Shown here piece after piece: positions 1-12,340 of a stretch of DNA of 64,000 nucleotides. The DNA comes from the human T2T-CHM13v2.0 reference genome, Homo sapiens, in the NCBI RefSeq assembly GCF_009914755.1, contig NC_060933.1. One strand, given 5' to 3'. The notes beneath the pieces are model-generated. The model saw nothing but the letters and a program-made list of their open reading frames with translations. It did not search any database and had not been told where the DNA came from. Both the position numbers and the translations under genes were made by a program. Position 1 is the stretch's first letter; every line of letters starts with the position of its first letter.

Positions 1-119
1 TAATGCTGCCTTGGTTGAGGATATAATCAACTTGGAAGAGGTGAATGAAGAAATGAAGTCTGTGATAGAAGCTCTCAAGGATAATTTCAATAAGACTCTC
101 AATATAAGGACCTCACCAG
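1..119 (+). CDS. MRRF: MRRF coding exon (5' end outside window); NAALVEDIINLEEVNEEMKSVIEALKDNFNKTLNIRTSP(G)
   Basis: Open frame from position 2; recognisable mitochondrial RRF sequence; donor CAG|GTTAGT at 119/120, phase 1, which matches the next exon. Confidence 0.96.
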
Positions 120-2600
120 GTTAGTGACTGAACCAATGTTCTGGGGAGGGATGTAATGGAAAGAGCATGGGTTTGGCAGAGTTGAGTTTTAGTCCCAGCT
201 TTGCCATTTACTAACTGGTGGCCATGGGCAGTTACTTTGCTTTTCTGGTCCTCGGTTTTCTTGTTTGATTCTTAACTTACAGCTTTGGGGTGGTAGTTAA
301 AATAAATGAGGTAACGTATTATGGTTCTAGCATAGTGCCTGGCGCATAGTTAACACTACATTTATTTATCCATGCTGCAAATTTTTGTCTACTTTGGAAC
401 TAGGCATTGTGCTAGTGCATAGTAGTAAACAAAAATAGGTATTGTCTTTGCTATCATGGAATTAGACTCTCAGAAAAATGAGATTTTTATTATGAATGTA
501 CTATAAACACATCTAGGTATTTAGTCTCATAGTAACTGACATCTTTGGTCCGATTTTTCCAATTTGTCCTGTTTGGCAGTTCTTATCCCTTACTGGGAAC
601 CAAATGAATACAGACCTGCCCACGTGAGGCATTTCTATACCCCTGAGCTTGACCAGGAAGATTCCGTTTGGGTTAATAACTTCCTGAAAGTGGCTTTTCT
701 AAGTGGGAAATGTCAGAACTGTCTAGGCCAACTGTTTGCAGATGTGATGGAGAAGTGAGTTGTCAGCTGATGGTGCAAGCAGGCAGGAAAAATCCAATTG
801 CTGTTAAATTAGGCTTTTGCAAATTGTCATCATCCTAAAGTCAAACCTGGGACCCCTCTCTTAAGGTACCTGTGGGAGCTTGGGCTGCTTCTACTCACAT
901 CTTGATTAGGATAGTTCATAAGAAAACTAGAAATATTTCGCTCTTAAGAAAACCAAGTGAAAAATACAGCTCCACTTATAAACACTATCAGAAACATTAC
1001 CGAGTTCAGAGATGAGATCCAGTGTGAAACTAGAAGACTGTTCCCGTCACTTGTCAACCTTTGGGCTGGGGCATTTCTGCCTTTGCTGACAGTAGAGCGT
1101 GCCATTCAATCTCTCTCAACTGTTTATTTTAAACTTGCTTATTATTTTAGGTATGAAACTGATAAAGTGCTCTGTCTCCCCTGTGTTTTCTGGCCTGTTA
1201 ACATTCTGCAGCCGAAACCAGAGAGCAGTTTGAGAGGAGCTCAGGGAGAAATGTGATACTTAAAATTAGCCAGCAAGCTCCACTCTTGTTGAACTTAAAA
1301 AGATGATGGGCCTGGAAAGAGGTTGGGAGTGTAATTTGTTAAATGTTAACCTCTGAGAAAATGAGGGGCAGGAATGAGGCTGAGGGAGATTCTCGCTGGG
1401 GACAGATTGAGGGAAAAGGATTTGATGCATTATGTCGATACGGATTTAGGAATGGTAACCACCACAATTGCATTCTGAAAAGCCTGTGTTGGGACTTCTG
1501 TGGCAAAGGATCTCATGGCAAATCAGGAAGACTGAATTAAGATCCATTTCAAAAGGCCTCCTGTTGGTATTTCCTCTTTCCTTTCTCTTCAGGATTATGT
1601 TTGTTTAACGTTCTGTATAGAATTTGGGGCCATGAAGAGACTGGGTGAAACAGACTAAACTTAACTAGTCTCTTTTGCCAGATTGTTCCATTTTATCTTT
1701 CATTACCATCTGAACCAACAGGTACTTTTCCCCCTACCTTTTCCTCTTTCTCACAGCAATTTCTATCTCCCAGATAACTGACACCTTTTAACAGTTGTCT
1801 AGATACAGGTTTATTTGTTTATTCATTGTTGTCCTCTTCCCTTTCATCCGTCCATGCATACATTGATTTATCGTCAAAGCATTATTGAGCACTTTTTCTG
1901 TGCTGATTAATATGTGCTGTGGATACAGAGAGAAAATATATTGTCCCCACCTTCCAGAAGCCTAGAACCTGATGTGAAGGGTCAAACAAGTAAACCAACA
2001 TGTATAAAACTATACAGCAAAGCTGAGTGGTGAAGACCAAATGACTTGGAGTTGGTCAGACCTGGGTTTGAATTCAGGTTCCATTAAGAGCTGTTGTGAT
2101 CTTGGGCAAGTTACTCTGTATGCCTCAGTGTCCTTGTCTATAAGGTAGAAATAATAATAACTATCTCATAGAGTTAATATGATATTGACAGCAAATACAT
2201 TATAGAAAGCATTTATCATGATGTCTTGCTTATAGGAAGTATTCAGTAAATATAGGCAATTATTATTATGGAAATGTGCTTGGATGCTGGGGGCTTGTAA
2301 AAGGGGTTTATAGTCCAGCCTAGGAGATCAGACAAGATTACTGAGATTAGATGCCACTGTATCTGACTGTTAAGGAATGAGCAGGATTTATCTGAACAGA
2401 GAAGAGTGTTCTCAGTAGAAGGAAAAATATATGCAAGGGTCCTGAAGCAAGACAGAACAGAGTTTATTAGAGAATATTAGAGTGTATTAGAGAAATTAAA
2501 ACACAGAATGTCAAGAAGTAATAATAGTCAGCATTTAGTGGGACACAGTTTAAATGCTTTTCCTACATTCTGTCATTTAGTATTCATAAAAACCCCATGA

Positions 2601-2912
<312 letters not shown>

Positions 2913-3486
2913 GAGATATAAGTACAATTTTTATGTCCCATTTAGAAATCAGGAAACAGGCCAAGAAGGCTGAAGGGGGTCTACCCATGGTCACACAATC
3001 AGAAAGTGGCAGAATTGGTATTTGAACTCAGGTAATTGGTCTTCAGAATAACAAAGACTTTTACCATTATACCTCCCGGACTTTTCCAGGTTGAAGCCAC
3101 TGCTGTCAGCAACCTTCTGTCTTATGATGACATTGAATCTGGTTGAGTATCTCAAATCAGATCTTTGGGCCACAGTATGGTACTGCATTATTCTAACAAC
3201 ATATTGCCAGGACAACTCCAATTTGTTTAAGACTCCATTTCCCCCCTTTTCTCTTTGTGTCTCAGAATGAGCCATCCTTGAGTGGTTCCTACTGTGAATA
3301 GTAAGGTTTTTCTTCTAGTTCTCATTTGCATGGGAAATAAGGGAGTTTGAATAATGCCTCTTTTCCATCTGTAACTGTGGCTTTATTGCTTGCCTTCTTG
3401 CCATTTTTGAAAATTTTTCCCAGGGTTTTCCAGAATTTAGATGCAGATAAAGATTATATCCAGGATAATAGGAAAATGTTAATAGT

Positions 3487-3487
3487 T

Positions 3488-3529
<42 letters not shown>

Positions 3530-3532
3530 GTT
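3487..3532. repeat. (TTG)n microsatellite
   Basis: About 14 consecutive TTG units. Confidence 0.95.
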
Positions 3533-3589
3533 TAATGGGCTAGTTCTAAAGGGGATCTAAGTACCAAAATGAAGGGTCGTATAAGCAAA

Positions 3590-3770
3590 TGGTTCCAAAT
3601 CTGGCTGTGTCAGAATAATGTGGTGAACCTAAAAAAAAAATTACAAGCTTCCCCAAATCACAGGCTCCGAAGCCTCTGCAGAATCAGGATCTCTCCAGGG
3701 TGGGGCCCAGGAATCTAATTTTCAAAGCTCCCTGGTGATTCTGATGCACAGCCGGATTTGAGTTCCATTT
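3590..3770. mobile_element. MER5-like hAT DNA transposon relic
   Basis: gggtggggcccaggaatct...ggtgattctgatgcacagcc signature. Confidence 0.7.
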
Positions 3771-4086
3771 GTAAGGGAAAGAGCCTTGACTGAAATCAGA
3801 ATTAAGCACACCTGAGTTTGGGTCTTGGCTCTTGTTTTTCCTCTTGTTACCCCTATGATCTTGGCCTGTTTATTCTTCCCAAGTCTTATTTCCTCATCTG
3901 TAAAGTGGGGGTAATAATGCAGTGTTACAGGGTTGTTGTAAGGACTAAAAGGGATAGTAAGAGGTACAGTCCTCACTCTAATCCTCTAAGGTAGTTATTT
4001 TTTGACTGAATTGGAAACCAAGGCACAGAGAAGATAAATAACTCACCTGAGGTTTCATAGCAAGTAAATGACAGAGTTGCTTGTGA

Positions 4087-4176
4087 GGGTGATCAGCTGT
4101 TTCCAGTTTTAGTTCTAAAAGCCCTGTCACAGAAAATTCTTCAGCTCCAGGCAAACCAGGATGGTTGGCCACCCTA
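4087..4176. mobile_element. MER81/MER94-like hAT MITE relic
   Basis: Terminal inverted-like ends gggtgatcagc ... ggttggccacccta. Confidence 0.5.
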
Positions 4177-4310
4177 GTTGCTGGTGATGAATTCCAACTT
4201 AGTTCTGTCAACATTTCAAGCTTTTCTATCACGATACTGCTGTTCCTGTGAAAGCCCCTTGTACACTCTTGTCACATTGATAAGAATCCCTAAATGTTTG
4301 TTGAATCTGA

Positions 4311-4612
4311 ATTATTATTATTATTTTGAGACAAGATCTCACTCTGTTGCCTAGGGTGGAGTGCAGTGGCCAGTACGGCTCACTGTAACCTCTACCTCTT
4401 GGGTTTGAGCAATCCTCCCACCTCAGCCTCATTGCTGAGTAGCTCATCTTCCAGGCACATGCCACCATACCTGCTAATTAAAAAAAAATGTTTTTGTAGA
4501 GATGTGGTCTTGCTGTTTTGCGCAGGTTGGTCTCAAACTACTGCCCTCAAGCATTCCTCCCACTTCACTCCCAAAGCTCTGGGATAACAGGCATGAGCCA
4601 CTGCATCCAACC
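4311..4612 (-). mobile_element. AluJ, antisense, about 80 nt upstream of the 4693 exon
   Basis: Alu body; TSD tgaatctgaatta. Confidence 0.93.
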
Positions 4613-4692
4613 TGAATCTGAATTAGATAGGACTTAGATTTGGGGCTACTAAGGTTCTTTGGAATTCTAAAACTCTGTAATTTTTCTTTTAG

Positions 4693-4811
4693 GATCCCTT
4701 GACAAGATTGCTGTGGTAACTGCTGACGGGAAGCTTGCTTTAAACCAGATTAGCCAGATCTCCATGAAGTCGCCACAGCTGATTTTGGTGAATATGGCCA
4801 GCTTCCCAGAG
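4693..4811 (+). CDS. MRRF: MRRF coding exon, 119 nt; (G)SLDKIAVVTADGKLALNQISQISMKSPQLILVNMASFPE
   Basis: Acceptor tttttcttttAG at 4691-4692, donor GAG|GTAAGA; phase 1 in, phase 0 out; RRF domain II-type sequence. Confidence 0.97.
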
Positions 4812-5885
4812 GTAAGATGGCCTTGCTAAAATCTCTCTCCGTGGTCTCTTTTGGAATGGAGGAGACTGGGTCATATCAGGAGGAAGTGTTCCTTCAGCTT
4901 AGGATGAAACAAGAGAGAAGACATAATAAAGAGAACTTAAGGATAAGGCAAAGCTCTTTTCCTGTTGCCAGATTCCTTTTCTGTTAAACTCAGATGCTAC
5001 AGAGGCTAGGTAAGTTGTTTGAATACCCAAACGGGTCCCATCTAAGAAAAACAATACTGGAGATGCAGTGATTGGTGCTTGGCCAGCGTGAAAAGGCTCT
5101 GGTGAGCTGGAGAGCCTGTACCTTGTGTGAGTGGAATGCCTCTGCCCAGCTCCTGCTGATCATTGCCAGGCACAATGTAGGCCTGGTAATCAGTGTTACC
5201 TGATACTACGATTTTTATTTCCAGAAGAAGCTAGTAACACAAATTTTTATGTGACATCTTTATTCTGTAAATGTTGATGACTAATTGAGTTTTTTTTTTA
5301 AAGACTATGAAGCAAATAAAACAATACTTTAATGGGCCAAATGTGGCCTGAGGGCCACCAATTTGTGACCTCTGCATTAGTATTTGGAGCAGACCCTCCA
5401 GGAAGTCCTTTTATACTAGACTGACCATTGCAGAATATTGCATGGAGCACAGTGCTTCCAAAACTGGAAGGTGGGTTGTATTAGGTCATTGCATCTTTGA
5501 AGCTTTATGATTTTAAGTGTAGTTGAAGAAGGTAATTGGGCTTTTTGTTATTGGTCCACTAGGAATTGGCCTGGATTAGGAGTCTTAGAGTACCTGGAAT
5601 CCGGTCCCATCTCTACCACCAACTGGCTGTTTGACCTTGGGCAAGTTGCTTCACTCTCTGGGCCTCCATTTCCTCATCTGCTAATATAAGGTGAAGGAAT
5701 CCTCCTGTTCTTATTGTCTATTTCAGTAGTTGTATTCCAAAGTCATAGACCAAGGTTGGACCTGTTGTATTTGACAAACTAGGCTAGAGATAGGAGAAAG
5801 GGAAAGCCCTTGCTGTGAACACACTGTTTCAAATCAAAGGGCTCTGATAGCTAATGGGCCAGGCACACCTGTGGGTGTGCTGTTA

Positions 5886-6260
<375 letters not shown>

Positions 6261-9200
6261 ATATGTATAAAAGATTTTGTCAGTTGTCATTCCCATGCTT
6301 TGCCTTTATTGGTGGCTTCTAGCAATCTTTAAGAAACAGTCCAAAATCCTCACTGTGGCCAAGAAACAGTCCAAAATCTTCATTATGGCCTAGATGGCTT
6401 TGCTTGATCTTGCCTCTGTTTTTTCAGTTTTGCCAGTCTTGTGCCACTGTCATCCTTGTACAATGCTTTAGCCACATTGGTCTTTCAGTTCCTCAAACAC
6501 ACCAAACCCTTTGCATCCTTAGAGCCTTTGCATATCCTGTTCCCATTGCATGGAACACTGTTGCATGGCTAATTGCTACTTATATTTTGGATCATGGCTT
6601 AAACGTCACTTTCTTAAGGAAGCCTTTCCTGACCTCTCCAATCTAAATTATTCTTCCACACTAAGTTCTCCTATACAGCACAATTCTTTTTCTTTATTGC
6701 ACTTATTACTAGTGTACATTTGTGTACACATTTATTTTTCATCTCACTTTTACTAGAGTGTAAGCTTGGAATGTAGGAATGTCTAATTTGCTCATTGTGT
6801 CCAACACCAAACAGTGCCTGGCACATGGCACCATTTGGTAAATTTTCCTTGAATGGATGAATACCTGTTATTAGGTTGATAAAAGGGAGGCACTCATTTC
6901 TGATGTTAGTGAGGAACAGAGAAATTGATGAAAAGGGAACTGTCAACTGTTTCTCTTTCTGGGCCCCTCTGAACCACTGAGGCCTCTCCTCCTTGTTCAT
7001 CTAATCCCGTAGGCACTGTGGGCCAATTTAGGGAATAGCCTCCTAATTACACAGCTTGAAGACCTCATCAGGCAGATTGCTTTTCAGAGCCAGCCACTTC
7101 TTTTATTAAATAGCAAATGGCATTCACAGAAGAAGCACCTGATTGGCCACCAGAGCATCTTATGAAGCAGGAGGAGATATTAACAGCTTAATTTTTTCTT
7201 AGGAAGTTGGGGTATATCTTCATTTTTCAACTCAGACATCTTTGCCATTTGTTCAAGTTGAAATTCCATGGGTTTTGAAAAAATCCTTACAAGTATATCA
7301 GTAGAGAGGTTCATTTACAGGAACAGAATGAGGAAGTGTGAGTTACATTGTCTTTTGAATTCCTTTATCTCGTCTGTTGTATATATTAAACAAATAGCTC
7401 TAACTAAAGATTTCCTTCCTCCAGCTTCGAAGCTGACCGTAGAGTACGCAGGTTCATAGCTTTAAAATGCTGAGCTAATCCTGTGTTTATGTAATTTCTG
7501 TTTCACATACAGTTGGCTTTCTTTCCAAACCTGAGCATTTCCGTGTCATGCTGTAGTGACACGATGCAGATTTACATGCATGATCTTTTTGAATGCATTG
7601 AAGACAGAAAACTGTGTTGCATTTGTTTAACATGTGTCCTGCTTGATAAATGATACACATAGTTGCTGCCTTCCATAAACTTGCCTGCAGCTAGAGTTAA
7701 TGATGGGAAAGAAAAGAAGGGAATAAAAACCACAGCATGATTTGAACAAAACAAGCCAAATGAAAAAAAATAAAAATAACCACGCACAACTCTGCAGGCA
7801 CCATTATTGCTCTTGCGGAAGGAAGAAAATGAATGTGTATTGATTGTCTGCTTTGTTGCTAGTCTCTTTCTCATGTTTTGTTTCCTATGATCAGTACAGG
7901 TACTCTGTAAAATTAGGCATTATTTATTTCATTTTATAGATGAGGAAACTGAGACTCAAAGCAGTAAAATATTTCCACTAGGTTTACACTGTTGTGACAG
8001 AGCCAGGATTTGAACATATCTCTGTTGGATGTGAAAAAGCCTGTGCTCCTTTCACCATTCGTTTGTTAATTCAGCACATATTTTTTGAGTCCTTGCAAGT
8101 GATTAGTTTCTATTTGAGGTGCTGGGAATTCACTGATTATTAAGACAGACTATGTGTCTACTTTCATAGACTACATTCTAAGGACTTACTGGGATATGAA
8201 GAAAATGGAAGGCCAGTAATTGATATGGCACTAGCAGAGTTGACTTGAATTTAAATTCTCAAGGACTTGTTCACCTGTCTACAAAAGTCTTATTTTTTTG
8301 TTGTTGTTGCTATTTAGCACAGATTAGCTTAGAATAACAAAGGCAGACACTACTAATTGATCACATCACTCTTCTCTGCCTGACGCCCAGATGAGATTTG
8401 TGATTTTTCTCAACACTCTACTCCAAGCAGCCACAACCAGTTAGTTATGTCATCATTTGAGAGCAACCTGTTTGCCCTGTGATACTGTCGAGCATCCTTT
8501 CCGTGAAGGGATGATGCATAAGAGATGGAAAGTCTATAGGAATGTATGCCCCTTTAGTCTGAACTAAAGAGTTTTTCAGATGTCATATGAGAACATGACT
8601 AATTCCCTGAGGTTCTGTGTCCTACCATGTCAAAGGAAAATACATGTAGAATTCAGTAGGTTTCTTTGTAAAATGAAACTTTGATTCATGATTTTTCTGC
8701 ATATGAAAAGATACAGAAAAGTTTAAGTATAAAATAAGATTTTGAGCCATTTATACATGAGGTAAAGGAAGTGAGTTTTTCTAATACATCTGAACCAGAT
8801 CACTAATATATTCAATCAACAAGCTTTTACTGAGCACTTACCATGTACCTGGCACTCTAACTTGTACTGGGAAGATGTAAATATTGAAGCATAGTTCCTG
8901 CCCAGCTTGGTGTCAGTAGTCGGTGCCCTAGTGCCTGTAGGGGAAGGTTGTATGGAAACACTTGGGTCAGCTTGTGAAAGGGAGGTAGTGGTGATGGGGT
9001 GTTACAGTAGTGATTATCAGTCATTCATGAGAAGCTATAGTAGAGGATTGAAAGACTTAAGAATGGACTACCCCTTCACAATGGAGATTCTCTCTTTATT
9101 GTTAACTTTAGAATCTGTTTTTTTTTTTTTAAGGAAGATGGCATTTCTTTTGCAGAGAAAAATTAATTTTATTTCTTTTTTCAGCTCTTTTATTACCTTG

Positions 9201-9263
9201 AGTATAACCTTTATACCGCAAACATAATTCCAAATTAAATTTGGCTATTTAAGAAAAATATCA

Positions 9264-9608
9264 GGCAAGGCGTGGTGGCTCATGCTTATAAAATCCCAGT
9301 ACTCTGGGAGGCTGAGGTGGGTGGATCGCTTGAGCCCAGGAGTTTGAGACCAGCTTGGGCAACATGGTGAGACTCCATCTCTATAAAAAATACAAAAATT
9401 AGCCAGGCATGGTGGTGCAGACCTGTAGTCCCAGCTCTTCTTTCTTTTTTTCCTCCTGCAGCTACTTGGGAGGCTGAGGTGGAGAGTCACCTGAGCCTGG
9501 GAGGTCAAGGCTGCAGTGAGCCGTGATTATGCCACTGCCCTCAAGCCTGAGTGACAGAGTGAGACCCTGTCTCAAAAAAAAAAAGAAAAAAGAAAAAGAA
9601 AAGAAAAA
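9264..9608 (+). mobile_element. AluJ, sense, with an internal 27-nt pyrimidine-rich insertion
   Basis: Alu body; insertion at about 9436-9463 within the ccagctac motif; A-rich tail. Confidence 0.93.
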
Positions 9609-11267
9609 TCAAATCCTTAATGTTATAATTACTGAATGCATTGAGCTTGGGGATCTGGAAAAAAGTAAAGGTAGAGCAGCATCATTGGATTAAATCCCTA
9701 TTCAGTCTCCTCTTAACTCTGCCAGTAACTGGAAGTTTGATGGATGGGAGTCCTCAAACCATCTCTCTTGGGCTGTCAGGGAAGACCATGTCTACTCTTG
9801 GGGGTGTGACCCTATTCTACAAGTTCCTCTTCACATAATGAAGAGACTTGGTTATGTCAGAAATCCCTTCCAGCTCTAATAATCTGTGGCCAGAGGTACT
9901 ATTTTAAGAATGTACTATTTTAGGTAGTGGCCACAATGTTAGATTCTGTGTACAGCCTCCCAAGAGGATTCTTCATGTGTATGTGGAAGTTCTGGTTTGT
10001 CTTTGTGACCTTATAGTAACACCTCAGGTAGCCGTAGCAGTAAGGTTATTTAAAAATGAAATGAATGAGTTTTATGGGCAGAGAACCCAGAAAAGTAAAA
10101 TAGGTGTATATCAACCGCCATTCATTTAAATTAGAAAGTCTAGGAGGAGCTCAAGTGCAGGAATTGGCCTTTGAATCCAAGTGATGTGGATTGTCTCCGG
10201 TCAAGCCTAAAATTCTTTGAAAATGTCAGAGGCTTTGTTTTCATGAGTTCCACATTGTCATGCCAATGAAAGGATCTCTAGGATTGCATACAAGGTATAG
10301 TTATAATGTTGCTTGAGTGTGAGGTGAGGCACTTTGGGAAATGGGTGTGCCAGTGTGCCAGCTGGCACATTAGTGAGCAAACTGTCAGAGAAACCCCTGA
10401 AGGATGTTGGGCAGGTTAGCAGTACATCAGCTACATGAAGACATCAACTCCACCTTGTTTGAGAGTTTTATGCATTCTTACCTTTATATAATAAATGTAT
10501 ATAATATGTTCATATAACTGCCCTTGCCTGAGTATTACTATGTCCCAGGCACAGAGCAAGATGCATCGCTCATGTTATTTCACTACCTCTCTGAGGTTTA
10601 GGGACCACATGGTCTCAGATGATGAAATATAGGTTCAGAGAGGTCAAGCATATGCCCAGGGTCACATGGTTACCAGAGCTGGGATGTGAACTGAGATCTT
10701 TCTGACTCCAAAGCCCATGCTTTAAGCTAGTATACCACACTACCTTTGCGGGAGCATATACCAGCAGAGATTCATTGCTCATTCCAAAATATGAGTGAGT
10801 TTGGTGTGAGTGCAGATGCGAATGAGTTAAATTTATTTACTCATTCCAAATCGGCACTGGTATATTTTGAGTGTAAAATGTCAACTGGATTTTTTTACGT
10901 ATGAAATCTTTCATCTGTCTTTACACCAATCTTTGCAGAGACCAGCCCCCCTCCCTTGAGGATTTATTGTGGTTTTGATCTGTGTTGCCTCAAACCATTG
11001 AAATCTTTTCAAAGAGGCAGAGCTGTTTTCTTTTTATTTTTTCTTCTTTCTTTTTTTCCTCCTGCAGTACAGTGGTACCAGGAGTGGACATAGTTTGCTA
11101 TTCAGCTTGATCAAAGCACTCTACACCAATGTAACTTCCTGATCTTACTGGTAACAGAACTAAATGTTTCCATGTTCTGCCAAGATGGGTTGCCAGTTAT
11201 CGACAGAGGGCTTGCATCTGGTAATAATTATTTACTAATTCTGTTTACCTTTTGATCTGGTTTTCAG

Positions 11268-11359
11268 TGTACAGCTGCAGCTATCAAGGCTATAAGAGAA
11301 AGTGGAATGAATCTGAACCCAGAAGTGGAAGGGACGCTAATTCGGGTACCCATTCCCCA
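11268..11359 (+). CDS. MRRF: MRRF coding exon, 92 nt; CTAAAIKAIRESGMNLNPEVEGTLIRVPIP(Q)
   Basis: Acceptor ttttcAG 11266-11267, donor CCA|GTAAGT; RRF-family motif KAI..S..LNP...G..IRVPIP; phase 2 out. Confidence 0.97.
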
Positions 11360-11499
11360 GTAAGTTTGGCTGAAATTCACATATTTTGATGAAACGGGGT
11401 GGTTGTCCTTGGAAGGAAACCAACAAATACCCTACTATACCGTTAGGCCAATAACATACCTTACCTGTACCTTTCACCCTGGCAAACATCTTTTGAGAT

Positions 11500-12340
11500 C
11501 ACTTTACTGATTCAGAAATACTTATTGAGCGCCTGTTATGTACTAGATGTGAGGTTTGCAGCAGTAAGCTTGAGAATTTGTTGTCCTTACATAGTTTACA
11601 TTCTGGTTGGGAAGGTAGGACAAATAAATAAAGTCATTCCAGATAATGAAATGCTATGAGGAAAGAAAAGACAGTGGGATCCAATAGAGAGTGACTTGGT
11701 AAGGATGATGGTGGCAGGGGCACCTGTAGCCTGAGAAGACTCTTTATGCAGGTAACATTTTTGCTAAGAGCTAAATGATGAGAAAGAACCAGCCTAGGGG
11801 AGAGCATTTTGGGCAGCGTGAACAGCAAGCAGAAAGGCCTCCAGTTTGAAAAGACCTTGACACTGGTAGTCTCTAACTTATATTCTTTGAAGAGCTATTT
11901 TTTTTACATTAGTCCTTGCTAGTCGAAGAATTTTAAGCTGAGAACAGAATATTGTTAATTATATAAATATATAGAACTTAAAGTTTTAAGTGAATAAAAA
12001 TGTTCATTTTTAAATTTAAAAAAAGAAGAGAAAATATAAGACCTTGACCTTTTTGAGAAAGAAAAAAGCCAGTGTGTGTGAAATGCAGGGAGAGGGTGGT
12101 AGGAGAGGAGGTTGGACTAGTCAGTAGAGGCTGATGGTTTAGGCATTATAAGTCATGGTGAGTGGGCTTTATTCTCACTGTGATGGGAAGTCAGTGGAAG
12201 GATTTAAGCAGGGGAATGACCTGATCTGATGTTGACTATGTGAGGGTCTCTCTGACTGCTGGTTTAACAAATGGACTATAGGGGTACAAAGTGGACACAA
12301 GGGGAACAGTCAGGAGGCACCTGCAGCAGTCCAGGTGAGA
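11500..12340 (+). mobile_element. L2 relic interrupted by a 176-bp insertion
   Basis: L2 3'-region motifs (ttattgagcgcct, gcaagcagaaaggcct, gcaggggaatgacctgatctga) on both sides of the insert; strand call tentative. Confidence 0.65.
11862..12037 (+). pseudogene. Retroposed polyadenylated fragment (processed 3'-end copy or orphan transduction), source unknown
   Basis: AATAAA at 11993-11998, degenerate polyA from 12018, 11-bp TSD aagaccttgac (11851-11861 and 12038-12048). Confidence 0.7.

Noticed and set aside
1130-1156. ttattttAG|GTATGA, resembling a recursive splice site
   Set aside because: The intron is only about 4.6 kb and the pyrimidine tract is interrupted; recursive sites are mainly known from very long introns; no further support
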